A DNA stretch of 63,986 bases, the filler included, from Octopus bimaculoides (taxonomy: Eukaryota), in NCBI RefSeq assembly GCF_001194135.2. It is 10 parts of 10 records of this genome, joined end to end, with 100 filler letters (N's around TTAATTAATTAA, not from the genome) between each part and the next. Parts side by side here need not be neighbours in the genome. Positions count along the whole stretch, not along the records: positions 48,212 to 53,260 come from NC_068984.1; positions 53,361 to 54,606 come from NW_026381282.1; positions 54,707 to 58,821 come from NW_026333619.1; positions 58,922 to 61,184 come from NW_026318301.1; positions 61,285 to 62,554 come from NW_026424003.1; positions 62,655 to 63,986 come from NC_069004.1; 4 more parts are not named here. One strand, written 5' to 3'. Positions 51,157 to 62,685 of this stretch are shown here, piece after piece (the stretch's first letter is position 1; each line of letters starts with the position of its first letter). The translations under genes and the position numbers were made by a program. The notes under the pieces are model-generated. The model was not told the origin of the DNA and searched no databases. It saw only the letters and a program-made list of their open reading frames with translations.

Positions 51157-52552
51157 GCGAGCACACACACACACATATACGTATCTGTGAAACCTTTCTA
51201 CCAAGCCCTAAAATTAATATTCATTAGCTCCCTAATTCCACAACCGTTTCTGCCAAATTCATAAGCTTCTCTGTTTTTCATTGGCCACCTCGAACTCCCT
51301 ACTGTTACCTCAGTCTTCCGGAACACTCTCCCGATTTCCCCTCAACCCACACCTTAACCATAATTCCTATCCCCTATTTCCATTTTATTCGCCTCACCTC
51401 CTTCTGCAGTCATATCCTTGACAGATTTTAATATGATAGAAGGTTAGCGATGAGCTTCAACAGTTTGAATAATTAACTGTAATGTAATTAAAAGAAGTTG
51501 ATACTAAATTAACAACGAGTATGTGCTCACGTGTGTGTAGTTTTTTTCTACGTATTTGTAAAATGAGAGTAAGGATGTGTCGTTCTATCTTAAAACACTG
51601 TGGAACTTAATTTCATCGAACTTAGACTGGATTAATTAGTGCGTAGGACATAGGTTGAGATAGATATTTTAAACTTGCTACTTTGGCAACTATGTTACGA
51701 CTAGGTGTTGTAGAAAAAGCAGAAAAGTATGAGAAGAAGAAACAGTGCCATATAGGATATCTATCAATTTTCCAATAGGGAGTATATGCTTCAAGACATA
51801 CATTCTATTAAATTCTATGTAGCTATCCGTAATACTGTGCGTTTTAAAAGGAAACTCAGTTTTAAAAGGAAACGGTTTATTAATTAATCAATATATTTAT
51901 TTACTTATAACTGCAAATTCTGATATTTAATGCACAGGTCGACAATGGAGAAAAAAAATGAGAAAGGAAAAACGCGAGGCAATACAGTTGGAACTAAAGG
52001 TACAAGAAGTTAAAACTGTTAATATTGCGAAAAAGGAATATATGATAGTAAAAGCAAAATGTTTCAATATGTAGAGTAAAAAAGAATAATCGGATGCTAT
52101 TTGGAAAGAAGTGAATTTAAATCGATATTTTGTAATAAAAAAAAATTTAATCAAAAACAAAAAAAAGCGTTGAAAATTCTGCATGGAGTGATATTTTTAA
52201 TGGATTAGACGGAATGTAGATTCATATAATGTGTTACTCTAAATATACGTTAGTGAGAGATGGTAAAGAAATATATTTAAAAAGTGTGTGCTTCCTATGA
52301 AATGAAGTTCATTAGTAAATTAATTAACACGATGCCTTATCTCTTTATGTAATTTTGAGAAATACTAAAACTTCGGATTGCAATTCATTGGATAATGTCC
52401 ATACTCTCATGTATATGAACTTTATACATAACTTTCAAGTGGAAATATATTATTTTAATATCAGATAGAATGCTCCGACCCTCCGACGTTTTGACTTCTC
52501 TCTGGGTCTCCTTTATCTTTCATTATTTTGGAGTCGATGAAATTGTAAACCA

Positions 52553-52660
52553 GGAAGGCGAATTAGCGCAGCTGTAAGAAAGTTTGACCAGATGCCTTTC
52601 GGTATTAGATCTGGCTCTTTGCGTTCAGAGTTCAAATCCAACTATAGTCTACTTGGCTGT
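52553..52660 (+). mobile_element. SINE family C head, old
   Basis: aaggcgaattagcgcag...gcgttcagagttcaaatcc. Confidence 0.6.
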
Positions 52661-52852
52661 TAGACTTAACCAGTCACCCAGTTTAACATGATCCCCTCTC
52701 CTTCGCCACTACCACCTAATATCTTGGGTGCTTTTAAGGAAATTCACTTCTGGAAGCATTCGATTCAGATCTCGAGTTTGGGAACACTTTGCTCTATCCC
52801 ATCAGTCTCGGAAGCCCTGTTTTAGAACATGGGCAATATTTTCCATTCTGAT

Positions 52853-52902
<50 letters not shown>

Positions 52903-53360
52903 ACACGCACACACGAGAGTATTTTCGCAGAAAAATGTCTTCCCACGTTTGAGTTTAAACGCATGCATGTATCATATTCAGCTTCCTGCGACACACACAC
53001 ACACTTCCTGCGAGTGTGTGTGTGTATTTACGAATAAACAAACATAAATGAGAAATAGGAATATGGCTCTTAGTCATCGAAAGCAATATCAAACGTAAAA
53101 TGTAGCCGAAGAGAAGTAGTAAGAATTGGAATGGTGGGGAAAAATACGGGCAGACACAAATATCAATGACCCTGAGTGTGTAAAAGCGAATACATCCTTA
53201 CACAGACCTATACATACACACATACATACATACATATATATATATACATATATATATATANNNNNNNNNNNNNNNNNNNNNNNNNNNNNNNNNNNNNNNN
53301 NNNNTTAATTAATTAANNNNNNNNNNNNNNNNNNNNNNNNNNNNNNNNNNNNNNNNNNNN

Positions 53361-53560
53361 ATATAGGGAGAATTCACTAAAAAAAAAAGACAAAGACAGG
53401 TAGTGTAGACGACAAACAGATGTATAACTTTAACGCTCGGGAAGTGAAAAAGTTTTAACGTTTCGAGCCTACGCTCTTCCACAGAAAGGAACACAGAAAG
53501 AAACAGTGAGAGAAAATAAAGAGACGGGGAGAGAAAATAAAGAATGTGTGGTGGCTGGCG
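53361..53560 (-). mobile_element. Short PLE-pLTR-like element; hammerhead at 53453-53488
   Basis: CUUU CUGUGGA A GAGC guag GCUC GAA ACGU U AAAA. The 3' end ttctcccTATAT lies at a gap whose other flank is (TA)n. Confidence 0.8.
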
Positions 53561-54706
53561 ATCTATCAGTTGCCGTTTTCTTTACAGTTGTTTGAAATCT
53601 ACTCTCCTGATAATAATGAGAGCAAACTCGGAGTACCGTCAGAAGAAATATAGCGTTACCGCTAATACTAAGCGACCATTGACGCTTAGCACTACTTGAT
53701 ATGGTTAGCCGTAAGCTGGAATATATCTGAGAGCTACCAGTAAACTTCAAACGTAATACACCTGTGAAAACAGCTGAGAAATTTGGGTATTTACCTTTAT
53801 TAGACGGGGTAAAATATGTTGCCAGCAGGCATCTACGTCAATCGAACAACGTATCCCAGTACCCTGCATCTAAATAAGGGGTACAGAGTTTGATTCCTCT
53901 AGCCATCAGCATTTTTCTCTCCTATAAGGCTGTAATATGTATATATATATATATAAATATACACACACATACACACATATATATATATGTGTGTGTGTGT
54001 GAGTGTTTGTGTATCTCTCTATGTATATATACGTTTGTCTTCTTGAAGCACACCTGCTTATTCCAGTTTTCCAAAGCTGTATGCGATGTAATATTTGTAT
54101 GCATAAGAGTTGATCTCTCCGGGAAAAATTTTTTTCACACATCAAAACAGGAGAACGACAAACGTGTTTGGTATTATTTATTTACCATTACACCTGTTCC
54201 ATTTTATAATAGGAGTTACAAAATTGTACTTGTAGTAGAATCCTTTTAGATATATCCCGTTTTGTTCGAGTGGTCATATCTGCAGTGGCCATTTTGACCT
54301 CATTTGTTCATCTCCGAGCGGCAATGTAAACAACGTTGATTTAGCAAAAACCTGAAGATTAGCTAAACTGAAATTGTGTTTGTTACAGCTAACATTACAA
54401 GCTTCATTTTGCTATCAATCGATTGTAATCCGTACTTTACTTGCTCCGTACTTTACCTGCTCCGTTCCTTACTGTTTTGGATTTGGATTCGCCTTCTTAG
54501 CAGGTTTAGTGGTTAACCCCCTTGAAGCTTTCTAACTTCCTACACTTGGATCTCTAGATCATACTAACTGATTACTATACATATGTATATATATATATGT
54601 ATATATNNNNNNNNNNNNNNNNNNNNNNNNNNNNNNNNNNNNNNNNNNNNTTAATTAATTAANNNNNNNNNNNNNNNNNNNNNNNNNNNNNNNNNNNNNN
54701 NNNNNN

Positions 54707-54725
<19 letters not shown>

Positions 54726-54737
<12 letters not shown>

Positions 54738-55027
54738 GAAAATGAAAATAATACTGACATCTGTTTTAACAGATATATTTACCAAAATTGCATCAAAATA
54801 TCTTGAAATAATAGAGAGTAAATTTACTCAATAAAATCGCCATTGGCTTCAACCATGACACCCAGACGACTTTGAAATCTCCTGCAACTCTTCTCGACGG
54901 TCTCCTTGTTTAAGTTGGTGAATGCTGCCATAATCCTTGCCTTCAGTTCATCTTTGGTGTTACAAGGGATTTTGTAGGTCTCTCGCTCAACTGCGCCCCA
55001 CACGTAATAATCAAGTGGGGTTACATA
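54726..55027 (-). mobile_element. maT/DD37D-type transposase 3' end
   Basis: PLDYYVWGAVERETYKIPCNTKDELKARIMAAFTNLNKETVEKSCRRFQSRLGVMVEANGDFIE*. Confidence 0.85.
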
Positions 55028-55310
55028 CCCCCACACATATATCAACATGAATATATACTTATAGATATATACATACATATATTCAACCATAGATAGAAAT
55101 TCATATACACACATCTGTATATGCAACGGTTATATTCCATATCGTAAATGAACGAGGTAAGTTGAACCTCTTACCTAGTCTTATAAACATAACAAATAAA
55201 GAACGCACAGAACAAAAGTGGGATTTCCCTCCTCGGCTGCCTACCGGACATGTACGTAGTTTTGTCACTCAAAGGCATGACCGCAGCCTATATATTTGAC
55301 CATACATATA

Positions 55311-55600
55311 CAGTAATCCCTCACCATATCACTGTTCACTTATCGCGGTTCAGCTATCGCGATTCACCTATCGCGATTCACCTATCACGATTCACCTATC
55401 GCGGTTTATCATTTTAGCCTACGTCGTTTCCTCCGTGGTGTTGTCTTGCATTTATAATAAAATAAATATATACAAATTATAGAAATAATAATAATAATAA
55501 TAAAATTTACAGTACAATACTGTTTCTACTTCGCGGATTTGTACCTATCGCGGAGGGGGTTGTTTGGAGCGTAACACTCGCGATGGTCGAGGGATTACTG
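55311..55600. mobile_element. pogo/Tigger-like MITE (290 bp) with internal 14 bp tandem array
   Basis: Perfect 12 bp TIR CAGTAATCCCTC / GAGGGATTACTG, TA on both sides (55309-10, 55601-02), and five copies of TTCACCTATCGCGR at 55335-55404. Confidence 0.9.
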
Positions 55601-55682
55601 TACATATTAAAGATGATATGCACTGTCGGGTGCTGTTACTGATAATTCCTGGCAGTTTTAGAATTGGTGGTAGTGGTGGTGG

Positions 55683-55720
<38 letters not shown>

Positions 55721-56221
55721 GTGATGATGAGGATGATGATAATGGTGGTAATGACAATGATTGTAATTGTAATTTTGATGATGGCAAGATTATGACTTCA
55801 TATTAAAATGTTTCGTACGATCGACTTTACACAGCCGAATTCATACGTAAATCAAGACAATGTTTAGAATATCTAAAAGAGTGGAAGGATCTTAATTCGT
55901 CATGGGGTCGTTGGCATCAACACCATTTCTTTTTTCAAGCATCAGGCAAGGCAATGGTTCTACTTGGAAGTTCTGCAGAAAATTTGGCATATGGCAACAA
56001 GTCAAGCTGAACAAAAATCAGATTTTTGTGTTCAAGATCAGAATGGGAGCAGCAAGTAATGTAAAGTTTCTCTGCGAAACAGGTGCTGCAAATGTTTGTT
56101 CCATTTTAAAACACGATTATTGTGTCTATACTTCCTGACGTGAATTTCCTATTCATTCACCCATCCTTTAATTGCTTAACGTTTTTGGAGAGTGTCGTAG
56201 CCTTCTTCCCATGTTGTGTGA

Positions 56222-56527
56222 TGAAGGATGGCTTAGTAGCCAGGGTATTCGGCTCAGAATCGTAAAGCCATAAGTTCGATTCCCCGTTGACGATTTGTGT
56301 CCTTGAGCAAGACACTTTATTTCACGCTGCTCCTGTTCACTTAGTACCTGTATTTCAAAGGGCCAGCCTTTCTACATTTTGTGTGCCACGCTGAAACCCG
56401 CTGAGAACTACGTTAAAGTTACGTATGTCTGTGGAGTGCTCAGCCACTTGCACGTTAATTTCTCGAACGGGCTGTTCCGTTAATCCAGTCAACTGGAACC
56501 TTTGTCGTCGTAACTGACAGAGCGCCA
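56222..56527 (+). mobile_element. SINE family B, full length, diverged
   Basis: B box AGTTCGATTCC, CORE-like gtgtccttgagcaagacact, and the family B tail. Confidence 0.85.
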
Positions 56528-56898
56528 ATGGAAAAGTGCATGGCGAAACGAGTTGATGGATTGGCGGAGTCGGTTACTGGAAGTGCTCTTTGTCAGACTG
56601 AAGGGGGTGTGATAAGTAAATAATCCACGAACGAACGAACGAACCAGCCAACTGTGGTCAAACCTTTTTCGAAATAGCTTTAACATACCTTATGTAATGA
56701 GCAAATATTTTCTTTTATTAATCGATAGGTGAAGATTTCGAAATCGCAATCATTTAAAGTTAGAATTACGCATGCGCTGAAGGGGAGGAATCATTCGTAG
56801 TCTTGCATGAAAGCAACTGTTTCACCGCCTTCATCTCTTCCTCCCGTCACCTTTCTCTCAGCAAATTGCCAGTGCATTATGGGATTCGCCACCACCAC

Positions 56899-56961
<63 letters not shown>

Positions 56962-58199
56962 TTGAGTTGGTGTTTCATGTAATCGATGTACTGAGTAAGG
57001 GAAAGAGAGGGAGGTAGAGTGAAAAACACAAAAAGAAGCAGAGAGAGAGAAAAGGAGAGAGAGAGAGAGAAAGTGAGAGAGAAAGAAAGATGGAGAGAGA
57101 AAGAGAGAGAGAAACATAGAGAGAGAGAGAAAGAGAGTTTTTTTATGTAGCTTATATTGCAATAAAACTATTGGAACGTCCCGAGGCAATTTGGTGTTAC
57201 TAGGTTTAGTCTGGCCACTTAAGATCTCCATAAAAACACGCACAGCATAAGACACACACACACACANNNNNNNNNNNNNNNNNNNNNNNNNNNNNNNNNN
57301 NNNNNNNNNNNNNNNNNNNNNNNNNNNNNNNNNNNNNNNNNNNNNNNNNNNNNNNNNNNNNNNNNNNNNNNNNNNNNNNNNNNNNNNNNNNNNNNNNNNN
57401 NNNNNNNNNNNNNNNNNNNNNNNNNNNNNNNNNNNNNNNNNNNNNNNNNNNNNNNNNNNNNNNNNNNNNNNNNNNNNNNNNNNNNNNNNNNNNNNNNNNN
57501 NNNNNNNNNNNNNNNNNNNNNNNNNNNNNNNNNNNNNNNNNNNNNNNNNNNNNNNNNNNNNNNNNNNNNNNNNNNNNNNNNNNNNNNNNNNNNNNNNNNN
57601 NNNNNNNNNNNNNNNNNNNNNNNNNNNNNNNNNNNNNNNNNNNNNNNNNNNNNNNNNNNNNNNNNNNNNNNNNNNNNNNNNNNNNNNNNNNNNNNNNNNN
57701 NNNNNNNNNNNNNNNNNNNNNNNNNNNNNNNNNNNNNNNNNNNNNNNNNNNNNNNNNNNNNNNNNNNNNNNNNNNNNNNNNNNNNNNNNNNNNNNNNNNN
57801 NNNNNNNNNNNNNNNNNNNNNNNNNNNNNNNNNNNNNNNNNNNNNNNNNNNNNNNNNNNNNNNNNNNNNNNNNNNNNNNNNNNNNNNNNNNNNNNNNNNN
57901 NNNNNNNNNNNNNNNNNNNNNNNNNNNNNNNNNNNNNNNNNNNNNNNNNNNNNNNNNNNNNNNNNNNNNNNNNNNNNNNNNNNNNNNNNNNNNNNNNNNN
58001 NNNNNNNNNNNNNNNNNNNNNNNNNNNNNNNNNNNNNNNNNNNNNNNNNNNNNNNNNNNNNNNNNNNNNNNNNNNNNNNNNNNNNNNNNNNNNNNNNNNN
58101 NNNNNNNNNNNNNNNNNNNNNNNNNNNNNNNNNNNNNNNNNNNNNNNNNNNNNNNNNNNNNNNNNNTATATATATATACAGATATAGATACACACACAA

Positions 58200-58345
58200 A
58201 AACACACAAATATTTCTTTCTTCCCTTTCTGCGTAAGAGCGTAGGCTCGAAACGTCAAAGACTTTTCCATTTTGCTCAAGCGTCAAACTAGTACACCAGC
58301 TTGTTTTTCCCTCATCTGTTACTGTATTTTGCCTTCTGCACATTT
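58200..58345 (+). mobile_element. Short PLE-pLTR-like element; hammerhead at 58225-58260 with decayed core
   Basis: CUUU CUGCGUA A GAGC guag GCUC GAA ACGU C AAAG. Confidence 0.75.
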
Positions 58346-58469
58346 GAACTACACACACACACATACACACACACACACACATAGATACATACACACGAAG
58401 GCGGCGAGTTAGTAGAGTCGGTTTCATCTCCGAAAAGACATATGGCGGTCCACGGGAACCATGTCTAAC

Positions 58470-58625
58470 AAAGTGAACCGATTGAACCAGTGGAAACATA
58501 ACTTTCATCTATCACCCATGCTTCTGCATCGGGACCAAATAGTCATCTGAGAGGTCATTGATGGAAGGTCAGAAGTGCCATTGACAACGAGGAGGCTCAG
58601 AGAAACGGCAATCATCTGTGAAGAT
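58470..58625 (-). mobile_element. Possible CR1/L2-type LINE fragment
   Basis: Higher-GC insert reading (T)DDCRFSEPP..., reminiscent of the STLDDSG..PP region upstream of CR1 RT. Short and frameshifted. Confidence 0.35.
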
Positions 58626-58764
58626 GGAGCAATCACCTTGAATGTATGTATGTATGTAGGTGTGTGCGTACGTACGTATGTACGTATATATGTATGTATG
58701 TACGTACATATGAGTCGATGTATGATGTATGTGTGTTTGTATGTATGGCAACATGCATGTATAC

Positions 58765-58821
<57 letters not shown>

Positions 58822-59279
58822 NNNNNNNNNNNNNNNNNNNNNNNNNNNNNNNNNNNNNNNNNNNNTTAATTAATTAANNNNNNNNNNNNNNNNNNNNNNN
58901 NNNNNNNNNNNNNNNNNNNNNTAAATTGATAATCCTTTACCCTTTTAATTTGTGTATATATATATATATATGAATTTGCTTTCGAATATAATACATTTCC
59001 AAATTTGCTTAGTTCGAATAAATTCTTTCTTCAAGGCTTGGAGGTAGAATTTTATGTACATACATGCAGCATAAATAAATAAATAAATATTTGTGACATG
59101 CATACATTTATATATTTGAATATGCAGCGATAAATATCGTTACACGACATGTGTCTATTTGCAAACGAATATGATATACATACATACATACATACATACT
59201 AAAACACATGCATGCACTCACACAAGCGCACACACATACGCATGCGTGTGCGTGTGGTTTTGTTGTATTTCTAATGTAG

Positions 59280-59404
59280 TCATATAATTATTCTCTCCTT
59301 GATTATGATCATTGTAGTTATGATCATAATCATCGTCATCAGCGTCATCGTCATCATCATCGTCAGTACCATCATCATTATAACCACCAGCCCCTCCGCC
59401 GCCG
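59280..59404. repeat. (ATC/GTC/ACC/GCC)n trinucleotide tract running into a gap
   Basis: Directly visible. Confidence 0.85.
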
Positions 59405-60255
59405 NNNNNNNNNNNNNNNNNNNNNNNNNNNNNNNNNNNNNNNNNNNNNNNNNNNNNNNNNNNNNNNNNNNNNNNNNNNNNNNNNNNNNNNNNNNNNNNN
59501 NNNNNNNNNNNNNNNNNNNNNNNNNNNNNNNNNNNNNNNNNNNNNNNNNNNNNNNNNNNNNNNNNNNNNNNNNNNNNNNNNNNNNNNNNNNNNNNNNNNN
59601 NNNNNNNNNNNNNNNNNNNNNNNNNNNNNNNNNNNNNNNNNNNNNNNNNNNNNNNNNNNNNNNNNNNNNNNNNNNNNNNNNNNNNNNNNNNNNNNNNNNN
59701 NNNNNNNNNNNNNNNNNNNNNNNNNNNNNNNNNNNNNNNNNNNNNNNNNNNNNNNNNNNNNNNNNNNNNNNNNNNNNNNNNNNNNNNNNNNNNNNNNNNN
59801 NNNNNNNNNNNNNNNNNNNNNNNNNNNNNNNNNNNNNNNNNNNNNNNNNNNNNNNNNNNNNNNNNNNNNNNNNNNNNNNNNNNNNNNNNNNNNNNNNNNN
59901 NNNNNNNNNNNNNNNNNNNNNNNNNNNNNNNNNNNNNNNNNNNNNNNNNNNNNNNNNNNNNNNNNNNNNNNNNNNNNNNNNNNNNNNNNNNNNNNNNNNN
60001 NNNNNNNNNNNNNNNNNNNNNNNNNNNNNNNNNNNNNNNNNNNNNNNNNNNNNNNNNNNNNNNNNNNNNNNNNNNNNNNNNNNNNNNNNNNNNNNNNNNN
60101 NNNNNNNNNNNNNNNNNNNNNNNNNNNNNNNNNNNNNNNNNNNNNNNNNNNNNNNNNNNNNNNNNNNNNNNNNNNNNNNNNNNNNNNNNNNNNNNNNNNN
60201 NNNNNNNNNNNNNNNNNNNNNNNNNNNNNNNNNNNNNNNNNNNNNNNNNNNNNNN

Positions 60256-60289
<34 letters not shown>

Positions 60290-60824
60290 AAAATGATATA
60301 TGAGCATACGCATGTATACATAGGTGACAGTGGATTTTCATTGATGAGTTCATGAACCTTGGTTCTTTTCACTAATATATATATACATATATATAAAGGC
60401 TAACAAAAAACTATGTTTCCAATAGAACGATTCAAGTGATTAAATTGATGGAAATGTGTGTTTCTCATAAAATACTTTGCAACATAAATGCAGATCTACT
60501 TCATATACAACTATTAGCATTTATACAATATACAAGCTTATAAGTACTTACTATACAAAGTTTGAAATATATTTACTTTAAACTGTTTACAATACAGCAA
60601 CGTTTACAATATAATTTTTTTCTCTTTTTTGTGATAAGTCTGTTTTAAACGTTATTATTTAGAATTGAAAGCTGTAGACAGGGAAGTGGGTTTAAAATCG
60701 CTTTGCAACCATGTGACTGCGAACTTGGTTCCACTGTCTCACATCTTGGCCAGGGCTGTTGTGCTATAGACTCGGATAGGGTTATGTATGAAATTTGGTA
60801 AGCAGAACTGTATAAAAAACTAAA

Positions 60825-60990
60825 GACAGGTGTAGGAACAACAAGCAGGTGGATTGATTTAACACTCGCGAAAAATGGAAAAATGTTTTACGTTTCGAGC
60901 CTACGCTCTTCGACGGGAAGGATTAAGAGGGAAAGAAAATGCTGAGAGAGAATGAAGAAAACGGAGAGAGAAATAAAAGTGCAGAATTCA
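60825..60990 (-). mobile_element. Older PLE-pLTR-like element; hammerhead remnant at 60885-60920
   Basis: CUUC CCGUCGA A GAGC guag GCUC GAA ACGU A AAAC. Confidence 0.7.
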
Positions 60991-61011
60991 ACGGTCCAAC
61001 ATTTGCATGCG

Positions 61012-61184
61012 TTGCTGTGTGGTAAGAAGCTTGCTTTCCGACAACATGGTTCTGGGTGTTCAGTCCTATTATGCAGCACCTTGGCCAGGTATCTTGTATT
61101 ATAGCCCCGGGCCAAACATTTTCTGTTTGTCTGTGTGTCTAATGCCTGTACGTATGTTTGTCTGTTTGTGTGTGTGTGTATATA
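61012..61184 (+). mobile_element. SINE family A head plus microsatellite
   Basis: gttgctgtgtggtaagaagcttgc...ggttctgggtgttcagtcc...gcaccttggccaggtatc. Confidence 0.8.
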
Positions 61185-61284
61185 NNNNNNNNNNNNNNNN
61201 NNNNNNNNNNNNNNNNNNNNNNNNNNNNTTAATTAATTAANNNNNNNNNNNNNNNNNNNNNNNNNNNNNNNNNNNNNNNNNNNN

Positions 61285-61600
61285 AAGTGCTGCCACACCC
61301 GCCGTACTCTTCTGATTTGACACCAACGGATTTCTACCTCTTTCGATCTCTTTCAAATGCTATGCGCAGTTTCGTTCAATACTGATGCAGAATTGAGAGC
61401 TTGGTTGGATCAATTTTTCGAGTCGAAATCGGGTGATTTCTACCAACGAGGTATTGAAAATCTTGTTGAACGTTGGGAAGAAGTTGTAAACAACAAGGGT
61501 GAATACATTATTGATTAATTAGTTGTTAGTTTTTTTATTTATTAAAGCTTTAAAAAATTTAAATTAGAAAAAACGGCGGCAACTTAAGTTGCCAACCCAA
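61285..61600 (+). mobile_element. mariner (DD34D) 3' end with right TIR
   Basis: VLPHPPYSSDLTPTDFYLFRSL...FYQRGIENLVERWEEVVNNKGEYIID* (one frameshift). The TIR ends aacttaagttgccaacccaa followed by TA. Confidence 0.9.
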
Positions 61601-61602
61601 TA

Positions 61603-61915
61603 CAATATCATCGGGCCGACCAAAGGCTTGTGAGTGGATTTGGTAGACGGAAACTGAAAAAAGCCCGTCGTATATATATATGTATATCTATGTGTGTATC
61701 TTTTAGTCTGTATCTGTCCCCCATCACCGTTTGACAACCGGTGTTGGTGTGTTTACGTCCCTGTAGCTTAGCGGTTCTGCAAAGCAGACTGAAAGAATAA
61801 GTATCAGGCTTAAAAAAAGTACTGGGTCGATTTGTTCGGCTAAAAATTGAAGGCGGCGCCCCAGCATGGCCGCAGTCTAATGATTGAAACAAAATATAAA
61901 AAATAACAATAAAAA
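61603..61915 (+). mobile_element. SINE family A body and tail, 5' part interrupted by the mariner
   Basis: cgggccgaccaaaggcttgtgagtggatttggtagacggaaactg...gcatggccgcagtctaatgattgaaac. Confidence 0.9.
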
Positions 61916-61981
61916 TAATAATATATAAATTCATGTTTTGAGCTCTATTTACTGTTTGCACCACCAAATCAATCAATCTGT

Positions 61982-62047
<66 letters not shown>

Positions 62048-62502
62048 CATACATACATGTGTGTGTGTGTGCGTGCGTGTGTGTGAGTGTGTATGTAATC
62101 GTCAGCTAAAACTAAGCCTCCTAACCTAATAAAATTAATGACTATTTTAATAGCTTTTCTCTCTCGCTTCATTAATTTATTCAAAAATATTGAATAAAAT
62201 ATAACTTCTTCACCAAATCATTCAGTGCTACAAAACAAATTGCGTTGTCATTGTGTACACGCTACGTATTGTCACTAATTAGTTTCTTAAATTATTATTT
62301 GTTTAGTTACTTTTAACTACTATTAATGGCTTCTAAATTGAACGTGGCATTTTCGTAGCAAAATTGACATTTCTTATGACTTATTTTTCCGTTCAGTAAA
62401 CTCATGTTGGCGTCTTGCTGACGTTGTTGCTGTTTAACTCCACGTCAGTTCTGATCCAGTAAGCCTATGATCAAAGGTATTCCAGCCATAACCATCCCGC
62501 TT

Positions 62503-62554
62503 TATTACCTCCGCCCTAGCAAAGGCGGAGGTATTGTTTTCAGTCGTGTTTGTT
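62503..62554 (+). mobile_element. 5' end of a DINE-1/HINE-like (non-autonomous Helentron) element
   Basis: TTATTACCTCCGCC-ctagcaaa-GGCGGAGGTA forms a perfect 10 bp hairpin, followed by ttgttttcagtcgtgtttgtt leading into a gap. The architecture is recalled from HINE elements. Confidence 0.6.
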
Positions 62555-62654
62555 NNNNNNNNNNNNNNNNNNNNNNNNNNNNNNNNNNNNNNNNNNNNTT
62601 AATTAATTAANNNNNNNNNNNNNNNNNNNNNNNNNNNNNNNNNNNNNNNNNNNN

Positions 62655-62685
<31 letters not shown>

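Noticed and set aside
55335-55404. Regular short repeats as a possible CRISPR array
   Set aside because: The 14 bp units are contiguous with no spacers, lie inside a MITE, and the context is eukaryotic with no cas genes.
55860-56140. Complex sequence with a 78 aa ORF (55902-56138)
   Set aside because: No recognisable motif in any frame and no clear splice sites. Left unassigned.
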